DNA of 32,000 nucleotides, from contig NC_016803.1 in the NCBI RefSeq assembly GCF_000189295.2, positions 2,160,001 through 2,192,000 on the forward strand, written 5' to 3'. Position 1 is the first letter of the stretch. Every line of letters starts with the position of its first letter. Shown here in pieces: positions 1-7,140 of the stretch. A program made the translations under genes and the position numbers. The DNA is from Pseudodesulfovibrio mercurii. GTDB lineage: Bacteria; Desulfobacterota; Desulfovibrionia; Desulfovibrionales; Desulfovibrionaceae. The notes under the pieces are model-generated. The model saw only the letters and a program-made list of their open reading frames with translations. It did not search any database and was not told where the DNA came from.

Positions 1-3000
1 GCCCCTCCATGGTGTCGCGCAGTTCGCGCAGGTAGCGCACGCGCATGGGATACCGCTCGCGGCCTTCGATCGTGGTGGACAGCATCTTGCCGCCCACGGC
101 CACCTCGATGACGTTCTGCACCTTTTGCAGCTTGATGCCGTATCGGGCGATGGCCTCGCGGTCGATCACGATCTCCAGGTACGGCTTGCCCACGATGCGG
201 TCGGCAACCACGGCCGCGGGCTGAATGGAGGGAACCTCCTTGAGGAGCTGCTCCAGCTGCATGCCGAACCGCTCGATGGTCGGCAGGTCCGGTCCCTTGA
301 CCTTGATGCCCATGGGGGCGCGCATGCCCGACTGGAGCATGACGATGCGTGCGGCAATGGGCTGAAGCTTGGGCGCGGACGTCGTGCCCGGAATCTCGGC
401 GGCGTGGGCTATCTCGTCCCAGATGTCGTCCGGGTTGCGGATGCCCGGCCATGCGCTTCTGCCGGGGTTCAGGTCCGGGTCGAGCGGTGAGCGCCATTGC
501 CGGAAGGGCTTGCCGCCCTGATCGGGGATCAGCTTGCCGTGCCCGTCGCGGGGATAGAGTCCCTGAACGAGGTAGGACAGCCCGTCGCCCGCGGGCAGAG
601 GCTTGCCGTCGCTGGAGCGGAAGTAGTCCTTCCGGGTCTCGTCGAACCGGAACCGGAGTCGTTTGCCGGACTCGTCGGTGATGTATTCCGGTTTGTAGTT
701 GATGACCGTCTCGATCATGGAGACCGGAGCCGGGTCGAGCGGGGTTTCCGCGCGGCCGAGCTTGCCCACGGCGCTCTCCACCTCCGGGATGTTCAGCATG
801 GCCATGTCCTGTTTGGACAGGACGTCCTGCACTTCGCCGATGGAGGCGTGAGGCATGGTGGTCGGCATGTAGAGGAACGAGCCTTCATCCAGGGGCGGCA
901 TGAACTCCTTGCCCAGGCCGGGGAAGGCATGCATGAGCCCGCTGACGGCGCCGGACGCCCGGATGGAATCCGGCAGCCAGGAGGTCATGGCGCCGCCGCC
1001 GAACCAGACCAGCCCGCCGAAGAGGATGACGGTAGCCGGGAGCGCCATGAAGGCCGCCTTGTGGTCCAGCACCCAACTCAGCATGGAGCTGTATCCGCGC
1101 TGGAACATCTGGAAGAAGAACATCAGCCCGCCGAGGAGCGCCGAGACGAAGATGATGTTGCGCAGGTCGCCCTTTTCCGGCCCCAGGGGCAGCCAGTGGG
1201 AGGCCAGGAAGATGGTCACCAGGGCGATGACGCCCCAGTTCTCGGCCTTGGCCCAGATGTTTTCCATTCCGGCGGGCAGGCGGTGCCCGAAGAACCGGCG
1301 CAGGCCGAGCGCGATCAGGAGCAGGCCGACCCACCACTTGATGAAGACGCACGCGGCCACGCCGCCCGCGATGTAGAGCACGTCGACAAGGTGGCCGGAA
1401 ATCCGCTTTTTGGCGTTTGTGTCCTTTCGCCGATAGATGAGGTGTGCGATGGCCGGGAGCACGGTCAGGGCCACGATGATGGAGGCGATGAGCGCGAAGC
1501 TCTTGGTATAGGCAAGGGGTTTGAACAGCTTGCCCTCCGGCCCCTCCATGGCGAAGACGGGCAGGAAGCTGACGATGGTCGTGGCCACCGCCGTCATGAT
1601 GGCGCTGCCCACCTCGGATGCGCCTTCGAAGATCACCTTCAGCCGACTTTCATCCTGGGAGGCGGTCTCGAATTTCTTGAGGATGTTCTCGCAGATGATG
1701 ATGCCCATATCGACCATGGTGCCGATGGCGATGGCGATGCCGGACAGGGCCACGATGTTGGCGTCCACCTTGAACAGCTTCATGCCGATGAAGACCATCA
1801 TGACCGCCAGGGGGAGCAGCGAGGAGATGAGCAGCGAGCTGCGCAGGTGCATGACCGCGATGAGCACGACGATGATGGTGATGAGGATTTCCTCGGTCAG
1901 GGCCGTGTTCAGGGTCCCGAGCGTCTCGTTGATCAGTCCGGAGCGATCGTAGAACGGGACGATGGTCACCTTGGAGACCGTGCCGTCCGGCAAGACCTTC
2001 GACGGCAGCCCCGGAGATATCTCTTTTATCTTTTCCTTGACGTTCTTGATGACCTGGAGCGGGTTTTCCCCGTAGCGGACCACGACCACGCCGCCCACGG
2101 CCTCCGCGCCGCCCTTGTCGAGCACCCCCCGCCGCAGGGCCGGGCCGAGCGTGACCCGGGCCACGTCCTTCACCCGGATGGGCACGTTGTTGGAGACCTT
2201 GATGACGGCCTCTTCGATGTCGCCGAGATTCTTTACGAAACCGATGCCTCGTATGAGGTATTCAACGCTGTTGATCTCAATGGTCCGCGCACCCACGTCG
2301 AGGTTGGACTGCTTCACGGCCGAGAACACGTCCTCCAGGGTGACGCCCGCGGTGCGCATGGCGTCCGGGTCCACGTCGATCTGATACTCCTTGACGAAGC
2401 CGCCCGCCGACGCGGCCTCGCTGACGCCATCCGCGCCGAGCAGGGCATAACGGACGTACCAGTCCTGGATGGAGCGCAACTCGTCCAGGTCCCAGCCGCC
2501 GGTGGGGTTCCCCTGTTCATCCCGCCCTTCCAGCGTGTACCAGAACACCTGGCCCAGCGCCGTTGCATCCGGGCCGAGGGTTGGCTGGACGCCCTGCGGC
2601 AGGGTGCCGGGCGGCAGGCTGTTGAGCTTTTCCAGCAGCCGGGAACGGGACCAGTAGAACTCCACGTCCTCGTTGAAGATGACGTAGATGGTGGAGAAGC
2701 CGAACATGGAGTAGCTGCGCACCGTCTTGACGCCGGGGATGCCGAGCAGGGCCACGGTCAGCGGATAGGTGACCTGGTCCTCCATGTCCTGCGGGGACCG
2801 GCCCGTCCACTGGGTGAAGACGATCTGCTGGTTTTCGCCGATGTCGGGGATGGCGTCCACCGGGACCGGGTCGCGAGGCAGCCCCTCGATCTTCCAGTCG
2901 AACGGGGCCACGACCAGCCCCCAGCCCAGAATGACCGAGACCAGGAGGAAGACGACCAGCTTCTGCTCCAGGCAGAACCGGATGATCTTGTCGGTCAGGG

Positions 3001-3013
3001 TCTTGGCTTCCAT
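1..3013 (-). CDS. CusA/CzcA-family heavy-metal efflux RND permease (about 1000 N-terminal codons; C-terminus lies beyond window start)
   Basis: Absent from the ORF track because it runs off the window. My minus-strand translation from ATG at 3011-3013 reads MEAKTLTDKIIRFCLEQKLVVFLLVSVILGWG... and stays open to position 1. It contains the RND motif AIGTMVDMGIIICENI, large periplasmic loops and multiple TM blocks. It lies 30 nt downstream of the adaptor gene. Confidence 0.93.
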   Translation of the reverse strand, partial: MEAKTLTDKIIRFCLEQKLVVFLLVSVILGWGLVVAPFDWKIEGLPRDPVPVDAIPDIGENQQIVFTQWTGRSPQDMEDQVTYPLTVALLGIPGVKTVRSYSMFGFSTIYVIFNEDVEFYWSRSRLLEKLNSLPPGTLPQGVQPTLGPDATALGQVFWYTLEGRDEQGNPTGGWDLDELRSIQDWYVRYALLGADGVSEAASAGGFVKEYQIDVDPDAMRTAGVTLEDVFSAVKQSNLDVGARTIEINSVEYLIRGIGFVKNLGDIEEAVIKVSNNVPIRVKDVARVTLGPALRRGVLDKGGAEAVGGVVVVRYGENPLQVIKNVKEKIKEISPGLPSKVLPDGTVSKVTIVPFYDRSGLINETLGTLNTALTEEILITIIVVLIAVMHLRSSLLISSLLPLAVMMVFIGMKLFKVDANIVALSGIAIAIGTMVDMGIIICENILKKFETASQDESRLKVIFEGASEVGSAIMTAVATTIVSFLPVFAMEGPEGKLFKPLAYTKSFALIASIIVALTVLPAIAHLIYRRKDTNAKKRISGHLVDVLYIAGGVAACVFIKWWVGLLLIALGLRRFFGHRLPAGMENIWAKAENWGVIALVTIFLASHWLPLGPEKGDLRNIIFVSALLGGLMFFFQMFQRGYSSMLSWVLDHKAAFMALPATVILFGGLVWFGGGAMTSWLPDSIRASGAVSGLMHAFPGLGKEFMPPLDEGSFLYMPTTMPHASIGEVQDVLSKQDMAMLNIPEVESAVGKLGRAETPLDPAPVSMIETVINYKPEYITDESGKRLRFRFDETRKDYFRSSDGKPLPAGDGLSYLVQGLYPRDGHGKLIPDQGGKPFRQWRSPLDPDLNPGRSAWPGIRNPDDIWDEIAHAAEIPGTTSAPKLQPIAARIVMLQSGMRAPMGIKVKGPDLPTIERFGMQLEQLLKEVPSIQPAAVVADRIVGKPYLEIVIDREAIARYGIKLQKVQNVIEVAVGGKMLSTTIEGRERYPMRVRYLRELRDTMEG

Positions 3014-3043
3014 GCGGGGTTTCGTATCCATTTGTCCGCCCTG

Positions 3044-5173
3044 CTATCGTTTGAGCTGCTGGTTGACTTCGCCGCAGGAGGACATGGCCGTGCCGAAGTA
3101 GGGATTGCGCACTGTCTGGTCCCGCTGGAGCCAGGTGGCTCCCGCGTAGTCGAAGGCCATGGGGCAGAAGATTTCATAGAGCGGGCCGCCGGTCTCGATG
3201 CCGAGCTTGAGGATGGCCTGGGCCAGCCCCACGGAAAGCGGTTCGAAGCCGGTGCGGACGCCGACGATGTCGTCGGCCTCGCGGATGGCGGTCAGGCCGT
3301 CGTTCATCTTGGTCAGGGCTTCCTGCCAGACGTTGTGGGCCGGACCGCTCAGGTCGGAGTCGTTGATCAGCAGGAGGGCGGCGGAGGTCTCGGCGGCGGC
3401 CTTCTTGGCCGCCTCCATGTCGTCCACGGCCAGGGCGGCGGCCATGGGTTCGTAGCTGGCGTAGACCAGGCCGAGCTGTTCCCTGAACGGTTTCGGTGCG
3501 GTCAACCGTTCGCCGTCACTCAGTTTGAAGTCCGCCTTGAGGTCGGCGTAGTGGCCCTGCATTTCGGTGAATATCCCGTGCAGCCGTTCGACGTCGGTCG
3601 CTTCGGCGCCGAGGATGGCGTCGTTGCCCAGCAACATGGCGTGCTCCTTCCAGCGCAGGGCGGAAGTTCCCTCCAGCGCGGAGCCGTCGATCAGGCGCAA
3701 CTCCTTGTTGAAGCTGCCGAAGGCGAGGTGCGTTTTGTCCAACTCACCTGTTTTGACGGTCTCGGTCAGCCTGGCGAAGGATTCGTCGAGCAGGCGCAGC
3801 TTGGAGGTGAACAGGCTCGGCAGTTCGTCCTGCAGGGCCTCGGTTCCGCTCGAGGGATTCATCATGGACGGCCTGGCCACGATCTGGATGGCGCTGTCGA
3901 TCTTGAAATTGCCCTTGGTGACGACCCGCTCGCCCTCCTTCAGGCCGCTTCTGACGATGTAGTGGTTCCCGGCGCGGGGACCGAGCACGATCTCGCGCCC
4001 CTCATACGCCCCGTCCTTGTCCGGGTTGGCCACGTAGACCACGGCCCGTTTGCCGGTGATGAGCGGCGCGGATGCCGGGATGACGAGCGGGGATTCGCCT
4101 CCGGTCCGGTCGCCGCCTTTTTTCTGCCGGGCGCGCACGAGCATGCCGGGTTTCAGGCTGCCGTCCTTGTTCCCCACCTCCAGGCGGACCCGGACGGTCC
4201 GGGTCTTCTCGTTCACCAGCGGATCGATGTACACGACCTTGCCCTTGAACACCTTGCCCGGATAGGCCTCGGTCTGGAACTCCACCAGCCGGCCCGGCTC
4301 GACCCACGGGAGATCGGACTCGTAGGCTTCCAGAATGACCCAGAGGGTGGAGAGGTCGGCCACGGAGTAGATGGAGGTGCCGGTCTTGACGTACTGGCCC
4401 TCATTGACGTTCTTGCCGATGACCACGCCGCCCTGGGGGGCATACAGCGTGATGTGGTCGGAGGCCTTGCCGTTCTTGACGACCCGGTCGATCTGTCCCT
4501 TGGTCAGGCCGAGGAGGCGCAGCTTCTCGCGGGCGGCATCCTCGGTGCGCCTCGCGCTGTTCTTGACCAGGTCCAGGTTGCTGTTCCTGAGGTCTTCCAG
4601 GGCCTTCACCGCCTGGATGAGTTCGGCCTGGGCCGTGAGGAGTTCCGGGCTGTAGATGGAGACCATGGGCTGGCCGGGCTTCACGCGATCGCCGGTGTAG
4701 TCGACATACATCTTGTCCACGCGGCCGCCGGTCCAGGCGGTGATGCTCCTGACCCGCGTCTCGTCATAGTCCACCTTGCCGACCATGCGGGTCTCCACGG
4801 CCACGTCGAGCCGTCTGACCTCATCGGTGGCGATGCCCGCCAGCTTGCGGGCGCTCTCGGTCAGGGTGATCTCCCGGATGCTGGTGCGCTCCCCTTCCTC
4901 CTCGTGCCTGAGGGGGATGAGGTCCATGAAGCAGATGGGGCACTTGCCGGGCTTGGGCAGTCTGATCTGCGGATGCATGGAGCAGGTCCAGGTCACGTTG
5001 CCCTCTTCGTCGAAATGCGCATCGAGGTCATGCTCCTTCTCCGCCGTGGCGTTCACGGCGGTTCCGTCGCCGGTGCCGACGTTGACGCCTCTGGCCATGT
5101 AGCCCGCAACAAAGGCGGCGATGGCGACGATGATGGTGACCATGACCATCCGCGGGATTCTGAATTTGTTCAT
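3044..5173 (-). CDS. Efflux RND periplasmic adaptor (CusB-like), 709 aa, with an N-terminal heavy-metal-binding domain and a C-terminal DUF3347-like metal-binding domain
   Basis: ORF-track protein. Has an N-terminal TM/signal segment, then WTCSMHPQIRLPKPGKCPICFMDL (HMBD-type CxxC pair). The central part has the membrane-fusion barrel-sandwich/beta-barrel pattern (PGQPMVSIYSPELLTAQAEL..., VVIPASAPLITGKRAVVYV). The C-terminus has FCPMAFDYAGATWLQRDQTVRNPYFGTAMSSCGE. Confidence 0.9.
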   Translation of the reverse strand: MNKFRIPRMVMVTIIVAIAAFVAGYMARGVNVGTGDGTAVNATAEKEHDLDAHFDEEGNVTWTCSMHPQIRLPKPGKCPICFMDLIPLRHEEEGERTSIREITLTESARKLAGIATDEVRRLDVAVETRMVGKVDYDETRVRSITAWTGGRVDKMYVDYTGDRVKPGQPMVSIYSPELLTAQAELIQAVKALEDLRNSNLDLVKNSARRTEDAAREKLRLLGLTKGQIDRVVKNGKASDHITLYAPQGGVVIGKNVNEGQYVKTGTSIYSVADLSTLWVILEAYESDLPWVEPGRLVEFQTEAYPGKVFKGKVVYIDPLVNEKTRTVRVRLEVGNKDGSLKPGMLVRARQKKGGDRTGGESPLVIPASAPLITGKRAVVYVANPDKDGAYEGREIVLGPRAGNHYIVRSGLKEGERVVTKGNFKIDSAIQIVARPSMMNPSSGTEALQDELPSLFTSKLRLLDESFARLTETVKTGELDKTHLAFGSFNKELRLIDGSALEGTSALRWKEHAMLLGNDAILGAEATDVERLHGIFTEMQGHYADLKADFKLSDGERLTAPKPFREQLGLVYASYEPMAAALAVDDMEAAKKAAAETSAALLLINDSDLSGPAHNVWQEALTKMNDGLTAIREADDIVGVRTGFEPLSVGLAQAILKLGIETGGPLYEIFCPMAFDYAGATWLQRDQTVRNPYFGTAMSSCGEVNQQLKR

Positions 5174-5191
5174 GATATCCTCTTGGTTGAG

Positions 5192-5479
5192 CTAGAACGC
5201 CTCGACCGGGGCGTCTTCGGGGAGAACGCCCTTGGCCTGCATCGCGGCGATGTAGAAGTCCGGTTTCTTACGGAACTCGGGCGGACATGAAGGACAGCAG
5301 AAATATATTCGTTTGGCCTTGTAGTCCGTGAAAATATCCCTGTTTATGTCAAAGCCCATGACAGGGCATGACGTCTGGTTGCCCGGCTCGGCATGAAGCC
5401 GTCCGGCCGCCCACGGCATGACCGAGGCGATGCAGGCGATCAGGACGAATGCGACGATTGTCCAGGTTGTCCGTTTCAC
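5192..5479 (-). CDS. Small secreted YHS/TRASH-type metal-binding protein
   Basis: Motif CPVMGFDINRDIFTDYKAKRIYFCCPSCPPEF. I prefer the GTG start at 5477-5479, which overlaps the TAG of the upstream OMF gene by 1 nt and is preceded by AGGAG 9 nt upstream. The track's ATG at 5521 would overlap the OMF gene by 43 nt. A hydrophobic signal-like segment TWTIVAFVLIACIASV follows. Confidence 0.8.
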   Translation of the reverse strand: MKRTTWTIVAFVLIACIASVMPWAAGRLHAEPGNQTSCPVMGFDINRDIFTDYKAKRIYFCCPSCPPEFRKKPDFYIAAMQAKGVLPEDAPVEAF

Positions 5480-6843
5480 TATTTTCCGCTCCTCTTCAGC
5501 AGAGAGCCGTGGAATTCGCACGGCAGCTCGATTCCGACCAGGGTCTCGATTTCCGCCAGCCGTTGCGCCTGGTCGGTCAGGGCGCGGTAATAGGCGAGCT
5601 GAAGCTCCAGCAGGGTCTGTTCTGCGTCGATGAGGTCCAGGGACGTCCCGGAGCCGGTCATGAACGTCTCCATGATCACGCCCAGAGACTGTTCGGCCTT
5701 GGGAACCAGGGTGTCCTTGTAGAGATTGATTTTCCGGCCCGCGTCCCGGTACTTGTACAGGGCCAGTTCCAGGTCCGCCTTGAGCCGTCGTTCCAGGCCG
5801 ATCCGGCTGCGTTTGGCCGCGAGTATTTTGGCCTGGCTCTCATCGACCGCCGCGGCGCGTGCGCCGAACCACAGGGGGACGTTGAACGACATGGAGGCCA
5901 AGACCGGATTCTGGCCGTCGCCGATGACGCCCGGATTGCGGGCGCTGTCGACCTCGGTCACGTCCAGGCCGAAAGTGAAGTCGGGGTAATAGTTGCGTTG
6001 GGCCAGATCCCTGCCGGCCTCTTCCTTGGCCGCGACGGTTTCCCAGTAGGCCAGTTGCGGATTGGATTCGCCAAGACGGGCGGACAGCGACTCGTCGCTG
6101 TCGGTGATGGACATGACCGGGATACTGTCCGGAAAGGGAATGCTTGTGTCGGCGGGACGGTCCACCAGGGCGTTGAGACGGGCCGCCAGGGGGGACTTGA
6201 GGTCCTGGAGGGAGTTGAGCCTGTCTTCGAGTTTGCCCAGTTCGACTTGCGGGCGGATGATGTCGGAGTGCTTGGCGGAGCCGGTGGTGTACCGGGTGGT
6301 GGCGATCCTCTCCAGGTATTTCATCAGTTCGATGTTTTCCCTGGTTATCTCGATGGCCCGGGCGAGGTAGGCGTATTCGTAGTAGATCTTCTTCACTTCG
6401 AAGAAGGTCGTCAGCTTGAGGCCGTCGAATTTGGCCTTGAGGCCGTCCGCCTCGCGCAGGGCGATGCGCTCCTTGGAGCCGAGCTTGCCGAAGAAGGGCA
6501 GGGTCTGGGACATGCCGTACTTGTACCGGGCGGGACCGCCGCGGGTTTCCAGAGGCGTGGTGTAGTAGCCGAAGTTCAACCGGGGGTCCGGCAGGGTATC
6601 GGCCTGCATGGCCCGTTTGATGGCGGCCTGCCACTGCTGAAAGGCCGCCTGCAGCTCGTTGTTGTTCTTGGCCGCCAGAACGAGGAACATCCTGAGATCG
6701 TCCAACTCCCTCCTGTCGCCGAGGTAACTTCCAGGGGCTGCCTCGTCTTCGACGGGGATCTCCGCCTCTGCCGCGTACGCTCCCGTCATCAACGCCACGA
6801 GCATGATCGCTGTCAGGGGAATGGTCGCTATGTGTTTGTTCAT
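5479..6843 (-). CDS. TolC-family outer-membrane efflux protein (CusC-like)
   Basis: 454-aa ORF with signal peptide MNKHIATIPLTAIMLVALMTGAYAAE and two repeated coiled-coil/beta-barrel OEP-type halves. It is the first gene of the efflux operon. GGAG RBS lies 7 nt upstream of the ATG. Confidence 0.9.
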   Translation of the reverse strand: MNKHIATIPLTAIMLVALMTGAYAAEAEIPVEDEAAPGSYLGDRRELDDLRMFLVLAAKNNNELQAAFQQWQAAIKRAMQADTLPDPRLNFGYYTTPLETRGGPARYKYGMSQTLPFFGKLGSKERIALREADGLKAKFDGLKLTTFFEVKKIYYEYAYLARAIEITRENIELMKYLERIATTRYTTGSAKHSDIIRPQVELGKLEDRLNSLQDLKSPLAARLNALVDRPADTSIPFPDSIPVMSITDSDESLSARLGESNPQLAYWETVAAKEEAGRDLAQRNYYPDFTFGLDVTEVDSARNPGVIGDGQNPVLASMSFNVPLWFGARAAAVDESQAKILAAKRSRIGLERRLKADLELALYKYRDAGRKINLYKDTLVPKAEQSLGVIMETFMTGSGTSLDLIDAEQTLLELQLAYYRALTDQAQRLAEIETLVGIELPCEFHGSLLKRSGK

Positions 6844-6870
6844 CCTGGCTCCGGGTTTTTAACAAATGTT

Positions 6871-6887
6871 AACAATACGCGTGCCAA
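6871..6887 (-). promoter_or_regulatory. Candidate sigma-54 (-24/-12) promoter for the efflux operon
   Basis: Minus strand reads TGGCACGcgtaTTGTT against the consensus TGGCACG-N4-TTGCW. There is one mismatch, at the C of the -12 GC. It lies 28 nt upstream of the OMF ATG. Confidence 0.45.
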
Positions 6888-6959
6888 TGTTGTGTTTCGC
6901 TGTAATTTCAATGTACTTTCATTTAACTCAGAATAATTCCATACCGTGAAGGTCCAGAA

Positions 6960-7000
6960 TTGCACATTCCATTGCACGCATTGTGCAACATGATGTGCAA
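6960..7000. promoter_or_regulatory. Nested palindrome TTGCAC-6-TTGCAC-5-GTGCAA-6-GTGCAA (candidate enhancer/operator)
   Basis: Read directly: TTGCAC 6960-6965 and 6972-6977; GTGCAA 6983-6988 and 6995-7000. The two-fold symmetric arrangement is centred near 6980, about 95 bp upstream of the sigma-54-like motif. Confidence 0.5.
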
Positions 7001-7026
7001 AAAACTGCAAAGTCGAGGACTGTTCC

Positions 7027-7055
7027 TGATCATATAAAATGGACAAAAGTATAAT
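7027..7055 (+). promoter_or_regulatory. Candidate sigma-70 promoter for the sensor phosphatase gene
   Basis: TGATCA (7027-7032), 17-nt spacer, TATAAT (7050-7055). A second TATAAT lies at 7058-7063. The site is about 85 nt upstream of the ATG at 7141. Confidence 0.35.
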
Positions 7056-7140
7056 ATTATAATTCGCACAATTGAAGGTTCTTGTCAGAAAGTGGAACGG
7101 AAGCTGCTTGGGACGGGCAAGTCATCATGTGTGAGGTTGC

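Noticed and set aside
497-5290. 1597-aa plus-strand ORF spanning the efflux genes.
   Set aside because: Its translation is low-complexity and rich in Gly/Asp/His/Arg/Ala, with no motifs. The opposite strand encodes clearly recognisable CusA, CusB and YHS proteins. This is a typical antisense shadow ORF in GC-rich DNA. The same reasoning applies to 5449-6936 (+), which lies opposite the OMF gene.
6972-6988. Plus-strand sigma-54 promoter reading of TTGCACgcattGTGCA for the phosphatase gene.
   Set aside because: It lacks the invariant GG of the -24 element. It is better explained as the core of the palindrome. The minus-strand TGGCACG-N4-TTGTT at 6871-6887 is a much better -24/-12 match.
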